From Eukaryota sp. TZLM1-RC (taxonomy: Eukaryota; Protista; Metamonada: BaSk clade): 64,000 nt of DNA. The position numbers and the translations under genes were made by a program. The stretch's first letter is position 1, and each line of letters begins with the position of its first letter. Location: NCBI GenBank assembly GCA_040285825.1, contig JAUPSS010000004.1, forward strand, positions 3,851,658 through 3,915,657, read 5' to 3'. Of the stretch, positions 56,973 through 64,000 are shown one piece after another. The notes beneath the pieces are model-generated. The model saw only the letters and a list, made by a program, of their open reading frames with translations. It ran no database searches and had not been told where the DNA came from.

Positions 56973-57588
56973 TTATAACCACTGGATACAAAAAAAGATA
57001 GTAAAAAACAAATAAAAATTGAAATACTTTATACTAAAAGAGTTTTGATTTCCACCTACATAGTCATGAGAAATATCAACCAAATACATATCACCCGGAT
57101 ACTGAATCCACCATTGAAAACAAGCTATTTCAGCTACAAATTCATTCATAATAAGTTTAACAGATTTAATTAAACCTTGATTAATAAGTTTTGTTGGAGA
57201 TACGGGAGATTTTGACAGATAGAATTTAGCAGCACTAACAAGTTGAACAAATTTCATAGGATACTTCTGTTCAGTTATATTGGTAGGAATTGGGCTCAAT
57301 ATTTTCAAGTTTGGTAATTGTATTTGAATATTGACAGAATTACACACGTTTACTACCAGTCTAACAATCGACTGAAGTAAAAATATTCCTTGTAATGACA
57401 TGTTTGAAATACCAGGAAACACAACCGTTTCTTTCAATGCTGTAAGATTGCATACATCAGCAACATGTCCTTCACTGTTGAACAAGCACCAACTTCACTA
57501 GTGAACTGGATAACTGTTCTATATTGAAGCAATAATTGAGTTTTAGACATTGGAAATTTGATAAATGTGCCAAGAAGCCAACATAAAT
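56973..57588 (-). pseudogene. LRR-like multigene-family pseudogene fragment
   Basis: LSNFQCLKLNYC, NLTALKE and LPNLKIL are LRR-like. The frame is broken by stops. Confidence 0.45.
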
Positions 57589-57659
57589 TCAATAAAAATT
57601 TATAAAAATTCTATACTATTGACGAATATATATCATAATATATTTTTAATATCATAAAT

Positions 57660-60650
57660 ATCAAAAATTTACAATATCAATTCTATGGTAACTTCATCAA
57701 TATTTCCTACAAACGATCCCACGGGACAATTAGCGTCAGTTGAACATAACGTGGCTTCAATTTCAATACCATCATAGACTGGCCATGATAGACTGGCCTT
57801 TCGACTATCTCGTCTGGCTCTTCTATGAGGTTGTTTGCGAGTAGGTTGGCCAGCAGAAGGTCGTGACTTGTTGGTCTGGAGGAAGGCTTGATCGGCCTTT
57901 GTATTCTTAATGCGGTCGACAGGCTCAGTGCCTCGTACATCTCCAGCATATACGACTTGACACTCGTTACCATCCTGGTTGAGAACTTTTGATAAGAGAT
58001 GTTCTTCAGTATCACCTGAGGCCACGATGCGATGGAATTTGTCATCGGTGGGCTTATCAGAATGATATAATTTGCATTGTGAAATGCTAGCCTTAGATTC
58101 GACACCTGTGATTAAATTCTTTATTAATAAAGTTGATTTGCTAGGTTTGTCGATGACCAGATATGGGCCCAGATAATTCCCATGTAATTTGGAGTTACTA
58201 AATGATTTGAGGATTCAGTATCCAACTTCGAATAGCAGGTTACTCGTTCTTGGCTTCTCCTCCGGCGATTTCGATGTTTGGGTGGTTTCTGCTTTTTCTC
58301 GTTTTTCTTTCAATCGATTGAATTTAGATTGGATATACAAATTTTGTAAGATGATCTCTATGACGTCGTTCAAATAGGCCATTTGATTGACTGAAATTTG
58401 GAATACCATTCGTCACGTCGATCGACAAGAATTCGCAAAGTGATTTAAACACGTTGGTGGCGAATTCTGGGCCGTTGTCACTGTGAATGCTGTAGGGTAT
58501 ACCGAAGATTGCACGAACACTCCAAATCAAAGCGTCGGCTGTCAGCCTTGCATTTGATTCTTTGAGGGGTACGAGGATTGTATACCCAGTGAAACTGTCC
58601 ACGAAAACTAAGATGTATTTATTGGCCTCTTGATCTGAAGGAAGAGGGCCAATGGTATCCACGTTCAACCTCGCGAAGGGTTTGTCAGCCCAGAGAGATC
58701 CGGTTGATGGGGTGTTAGTTTTGGGGACAGGTGCCGTTTTCTGACATGATGGACAAGAACGCACATGATTCTTCATGTCATCAGTCATACTAGGCCAGTA
58801 GTAGTCGCTAAAGGATAGCCTGCGTAAACTCTCAAACATACTAGGATGACCGCCTGATACATAACCATGTATGATCAGAAGCGTGTCGTTGATAAGTGAT
58901 GACGGAATGACTATCCTGCCTGATTCGTTAACGTAAAGGTCAAGATGATTGACGGAACAGTTATTAAATGAATGTTCTTGAGCTGCAATCGCTTGTCGTT
59001 GCTCTGAACGGATCCTACTCAACCATGGATCGAACATGGGGATTGCAGATAAACATTTCGAATGTTTTGTGAGTATCCCGAAGGTCTTCTGGGTCTAGAA
59101 GAGCAAAATCGTCTGGTGATGTGTAGCGCGAAGAGTACAGGCTCTGTGAGCTTTTGTAAGTTGAGTGAGACGTGCTAATTCATTAGTTAGAGCGACTTCA
59201 CGAGGGTTGTTGGGATCGCATTCAAAATCCTGAGAGATTCTGTCGTTATATGCCCAAGAGATGAAGTTGTTAATGAAAGCAATGACCTTGCCAGTATTAA
59301 TAATCATATCCTTCTTGAAACGAGGCCGATTACGATCAGACTGGAGTTTCCTGGCTCGGTCGTGATACAAACTACGAGATGCTTTGGCTATAGCGGCGAG
59401 AACAGCGTTTGTTGTGGTAATTCCATTTTGAGGAGGGAGACCAGCACCATAGACTGTTCTACCGCAGTCTGATGCTTTGGTTTGACGCATCCTGTTCACT
59501 TGTTTAAGGGTATGTCGTAACCAGTGTGACCTTCAACGCCATCTAAAGTGGGATCAACTTCTCGTCCATCTCGAGTGATTGTACGAAAACAACGAGAGGG
59601 GATGTCCCAGATTTTGGTGGTGGATTAGGATGTTTTAGGCATGCTAAGAGAGTCGAAACCCACCGCGTTAGATGGGAGAAGGATGAGAGGAGAAGTGTCG
59701 AGATCCGAAACGGACAAATCTCCAGAGAGGGGTTTGGTGATGGAGGGATCAGGAGAGAAAACTTGGCTCCTGGGAATCCACAAAACGCATGGGTTACTGT
59801 CTTCATCATCACCATGAACAGCTATTGTTTCAGGACGAGAAGGTATGGGAGTGGTTTCGGGATTATCTGAAAGGCTTCTGCGAGTAGGAGGGTTTTCCAA
59901 CGAGTTACATACTCTCAAGAACTCCTGACCGTAAGCACTGCGAACGGCGAAAACTTGGCCTGGACTAGGTTTAATTGCTGATTTTCTATCCAATCGGAAT
60001 GGATAGAAATCCATGTGACAATTCGGGTCTGGATGAGTCAAAGGATTATATTGTTGAGGCATCTGCAAGAACTAAAAGTTGTTTCCATCTTCTTCAACAG
60101 AAGAAATCCGAGGAAGAGACTTGTTTAAAAACATCTGAATCATGAACTGTTCGAAGTGGTCTTTAGAAACACGAGTAGCGAGCTCATTCTTCAAGGAGAC
60201 TAAATCAAGGAAGTTCCATAGTTCCAAATCCCCACGGAATTTTTTACTGGTGTACTGCCACTTGGATTTAATTGGAGTAGAAACCTTGGGGGAAGTAGAG
60301 GAGGAACGAGCCTTACCAGTAGAATCTGTCGACTCCTTGGAAGCCGTGGAGGTAGACTCCCCTTTCGAGGTGTCAGTGTGGGCTTCCTTAGGAAAAGAAG
60401 ACTCCTTGGCAGGAGTGAGAGAGTCTCCCTCTGAGTCCTGAGGATGTTTGGCGAGATGGGAGTCGAAATCCCTAAGGCCGAGATTGGGGTTGGTTTCACC
60501 AGAAGGTGAGGCAGTATCCAGAGAAGCCTGTTGGTCGTTAGCTGTTGAGCGGCCAATAATTATTGATGCCTGAGGGCTAAGGTTAGACATATGTATAAAG
60601 AGAGAGTAATTTATTATGACGGGAAATGAGCTACAGCGAATTTCAACACC
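57660..60650 (-). mobile_element. Internally deleted Ty3/Gypsy LTR retrotransposon (gag-like region plus integrase; no RT seen)
   Basis: HHCC (IH..GH..YYWP..CPSC), VDTIGPLP, VDSFT, HSDNGPEF, NGLFER and a GPY motif. Confidence 0.88.
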
Positions 60651-60784
60651 ATCGTCAGTGAAGTCTCCATGAATGAACTTTAAATAAACATTAAACTAAT
60701 ATACAAGAATAATTAGGAAAGTCTAACTACACTCTAGAATAGTGTATGGACTAACAAAAGTGCCATTTGCAATATTACAGGAGG

Positions 60785-61298
60785 CAAAGTCAACAACACC
60801 TCAGGGTTCTCAATCCAATCACAGTATACATCACTTCTATCATCAGAACCAAAATTATTCAATGAAAGTGTTTCTTTCAGCAGAGGCTCTTTGATACATA
60901 AGATTCTTGCAGTTCGTGCCATATTAAGAACAGTGTCTCTAACAGCATCATGTATTGAAGAACTATAGGTTATCAATACAGAACAACCCAGAGCAAGGCG
61001 CAAAGTGAGCTGAGGTGAATTCGAACAGATACATTTTTCTTTTAATAATAATTGATTAATGGGGTATTCAAATATAAACTCATTTTTGTTACAAAGGCTT
61101 AATTATTAGGAAACAGTCCAAATTTTTGTTGCACAAAGGTCACAAACAGTGAAGAATCTGATGAGTGATTTTCACAAACACCTTTTTCCAATAACAATGA
61201 GTGAAGATTTTGATTTAGATCAGCTGAGCTGCATAAAAATCATTTTCATACATTCCAATCAGTCGTATCTGTAATGTTCGAAGAGTGTATTTGAAATT
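60785..61298 (-). mobile_element. Non-LTR family A internal fragment
   Basis: HDAVRD..EPLLKETLSLNNFGSDDR. Confidence 0.88.
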
Positions 61299-61599
61299 TC
61301 AATAATTATATAATTTTGAATTATATAATTGTATAAGAGGGAAGGCAAGGTTGGAGACATTATCAAGATGTGAAAATTTAGAATGTTTTGAACTATATAA
61401 TATAATATTGTTCTGAATACGAAGACACAAATTTATTGAAACATAACACTTAATAAAATAAAATTACGACTAATGAACATTAAATTAAATGAACCAAGAT
61501 TCACAAAATCCTTGTCAGTTTGGCTTCTCGTCATTGCTTCTCTTATTCGATGAGATGTTATCAACTTGTGATCAAACTTTGTGTGAAATTGTGTGTGAA

Positions 61600-63745
61600 T
61601 AATGTTGGCTATGTGTTACTTGGTCAATACACACTTAAGACTGCCGATGTCATGAATCGCGTGTGGCAGATCCTGCAAATTCTGACCGAAATCTAGTGTT
61701 GGCTTACTCCTCTGTTCAATTTTCAGCTTCATGTGATCAAACAGCGACTTCTACTACTATTTCTTCAACGTCCTCATGTGATCCAACCACTTCCTCTGAC
61801 CAACTTTCTTTTGATGCTTCCACACATGCGCCCGACCACATCTCCGTAATTCCCGTTTCTGACCATACCGTTACCTTTCCTCAAAAGCAACATTTGAGAG
61901 ATCTTGACCATGCTGATTCTAACAAACTAACTTTAATTCTTATATCTCAAAGTTCACCTGGTCTAGAAGATAACACCTTTGGCTCAGAGGTTCAACTGAT
62001 TCAACTGTCTAGTACTACTTCTTCCATCCCATCGACAAATGGGTTGACGCATCGTTGGAATACCATTATCTGGAAGATTTTGCTGCGTTTCAAAAAAATT
62101 CTGTTGCAATGCTTGCATTAAAAACGTTTACACTTCCTTTTGAAGGTAATTTCAAGAACACCACTGTGAAAACAAAATAGTTTGGGGCTTCGCAAACTTT
62201 TGGTCTGCTTCAAAAATACTGGAACTCTTTGGAAAAACAAATAAAAGTTGTGTATGTATTGTCTGCGGCAACGGACTCACCAACGGAGCTATTGCACTTA
62301 AACTTGATGTCCCAATGGTCGGATGTACATGTTATCGCTGGAAATTAAGCAATACATGATGGAACTTGATGTTGTAGTCAGAAAAATCTACAAGCTATTT
62401 GGAGAACTGATGACGGCTAAGCACGTAATAATGCTTCAACTAAAAACTGATGTGAGTATTAAAAGATTGAACACCGCAAGGTGGGGTACTCGTTTTGCCA
62501 TAGTTGAAAAGTACTTTAGTTGTTGTGAAACTGCTGTCAAGCTTGAACAAAAAGTAACTGACTCTATGCCCACCGTATCTGAGGAAAAAGGTCTGAGGGA
62601 ACTGCTGACTCTTTTACAAAAGAAGAGGTTAACAAAAGTCTACAAGCCAGTTCACTTTCTCTTCCTGAAGCAGGGGACATTGCTGCAACGAAAAGTTTAG
62701 CAGTCTCACAACTTACACACTTTTCCCATGTGACTTGTCTAAATCACCAGAGTTCGAAACAGGTGTGATCAAAGTCATTGACTCAAGAAGATGTAATCAG
62801 AAACAAGCTATTTATTCACTTGAAAACTTCTTTTGTAAAATGCGCCATTCGTTTCGATTTTTGCAATGTCAAAATGATCATGCTTGAATTGTCGCAAATG
62901 TTGCAAACAGTTTAAAAACAATAGAATTCAACTAAACGGAAAGACATGACCATTAGTTTCAATGATGTATAAAGCTCATAAATTTTGAAAATGTTATTGA
63001 CCTAATCAAAAGAATGATAATCGAGTAGAAATTAGGGTTATCGTTGTCAATTGCTGAACATCACCATTTGTTTCAAGTTTATTGGATGTTTTCTGTTTGT
63101 AGAATATTTTCAACATGAAAATGACACTTCATGAATTTATATTGAATAAAATAAATAAATAGACTATTTTTTTACCATACTTCGATAACCAAATGATTAT
63201 TGAACTTACTTTTTAAACACAAGTAAAACAATGTAATGTGTTTCAAAAAACAGCTAATTGTCCAAAAATTCAATAATAAAAACTAAATAATGTATATATT
63301 TTTCCAAAAAACAACAAAAATTCACTTCTTTTATGACTTACACAAACAAACAAAGTCACTGACTCTTTCACTGATCATATGACCTCTGTCGAGCGACTGG
63401 CCCTAGTTCCTTTTGAAATATCAGTTTCTTCTGTTATCTCGCCTGAATCTGCCACTAGAAAGCGCCTTTCTCAAAAAGAGTTTCTCAAAAAGGGAAAAAG
63501 CCAGTCTACGTGAGCCACTATCAAAACCGTAATGCGACCCAGCATGGATACCAATCACGTCGAACATGGTGGAAAGGCTGTTCAGTCAGTCTAGACCATG
63601 CAGAAGTGGCTACAGAGGCAATTTGTCACCAAGCATCATGGAACTTGAACTCTTGTTTCATGTCAACCGAGCTTGGTACTTTTTGGAGACTGTAGGATCT
63701 CTGTTCAAACAACATGATAAGGCCAATGACAATGTTGAATAGTTT
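61600..63745 (+). pseudogene. hAT-superfamily transposase pseudogene, split by an intervening repeat
   Basis: GN..TN..IA..LDVPMVGC, NTARWGT, SPEFETGVIKV and the C-terminal dimerisation motif WIPITSNMVERLFS..RGNLSP..VNR. Confidence 0.75.
62877..63129. repeat. Inverted copy of the 56683-56934 repeat, lying within the hAT remnant
   Basis: Reverse-complement match to 56683-56934. Confidence 0.85.
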
Positions 63746-64000
63746 CTGTTCAGATGGAGTTTATCAATTATTGAATGTATTAAGTTTTGTTTATCTCAAT
63801 TTAAGGAAAAATAGAAAACCAAAAATAAATACACTATTTTGCATTGCAACGATCATCGTTTGATTGTCAAATCTGAAACGATAATCGATCGAAAGTAAAA
63901 GATGCATCAGTATCAATCGACGATACGATATTGAAATGGGAAAATTAGTTTTGTACCATTTAAAGACTTTCAAAATTACCTTCATACCACAATAATTGTT

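Noticed and set aside
60630-60735. PBS (tggtgttgaa) and 5' LTR of the Gypsy element
   Set aside because: I found no matching second LTR or canonical TG..CA boundary, and the tRNA match cannot be verified here.

Overview
AT-rich eukaryotic genomic DNA from a flagellated protist. It carries IFT70 and Rab28, and a 31-nt intron with the branch point next to the 3' splice site is metamonad-like (inference). About ten host genes are separated by decayed, nested transposons: RLE-type non-LTR retrotransposons (at least 3 families), a MULE with TIRs and TSD, MuDR and hAT remnants, Ty3/Gypsy remnants and a MITE. The main result is four Fanzor1 (eukaryotic TnpB-like RuvC) remnants, all on the minus strand. 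Two of them, divergent from each other, carry a family-B-polymerase-type DEDDy 3'-5' exonuclease directly N-terminal to the Fanzor. The better-preserved one (15354-20805) reads as a polyprotein: beta-helix-like segment / 2A peptide / Ulp1-SENP8-like cysteine protease / 2A peptide / basic linker-exonuclease-Fanzor1. The second (about 13000 down to 4540) can be reassembled by removing an inserted non-LTR element and an inserted MULE. A third has a structured candidate omegaRNA that overlaps its stop codon and ends just upstream of IFT70. All copies here are pseudogenized. All domain calls come from motif recognition by eye, not from database searches.
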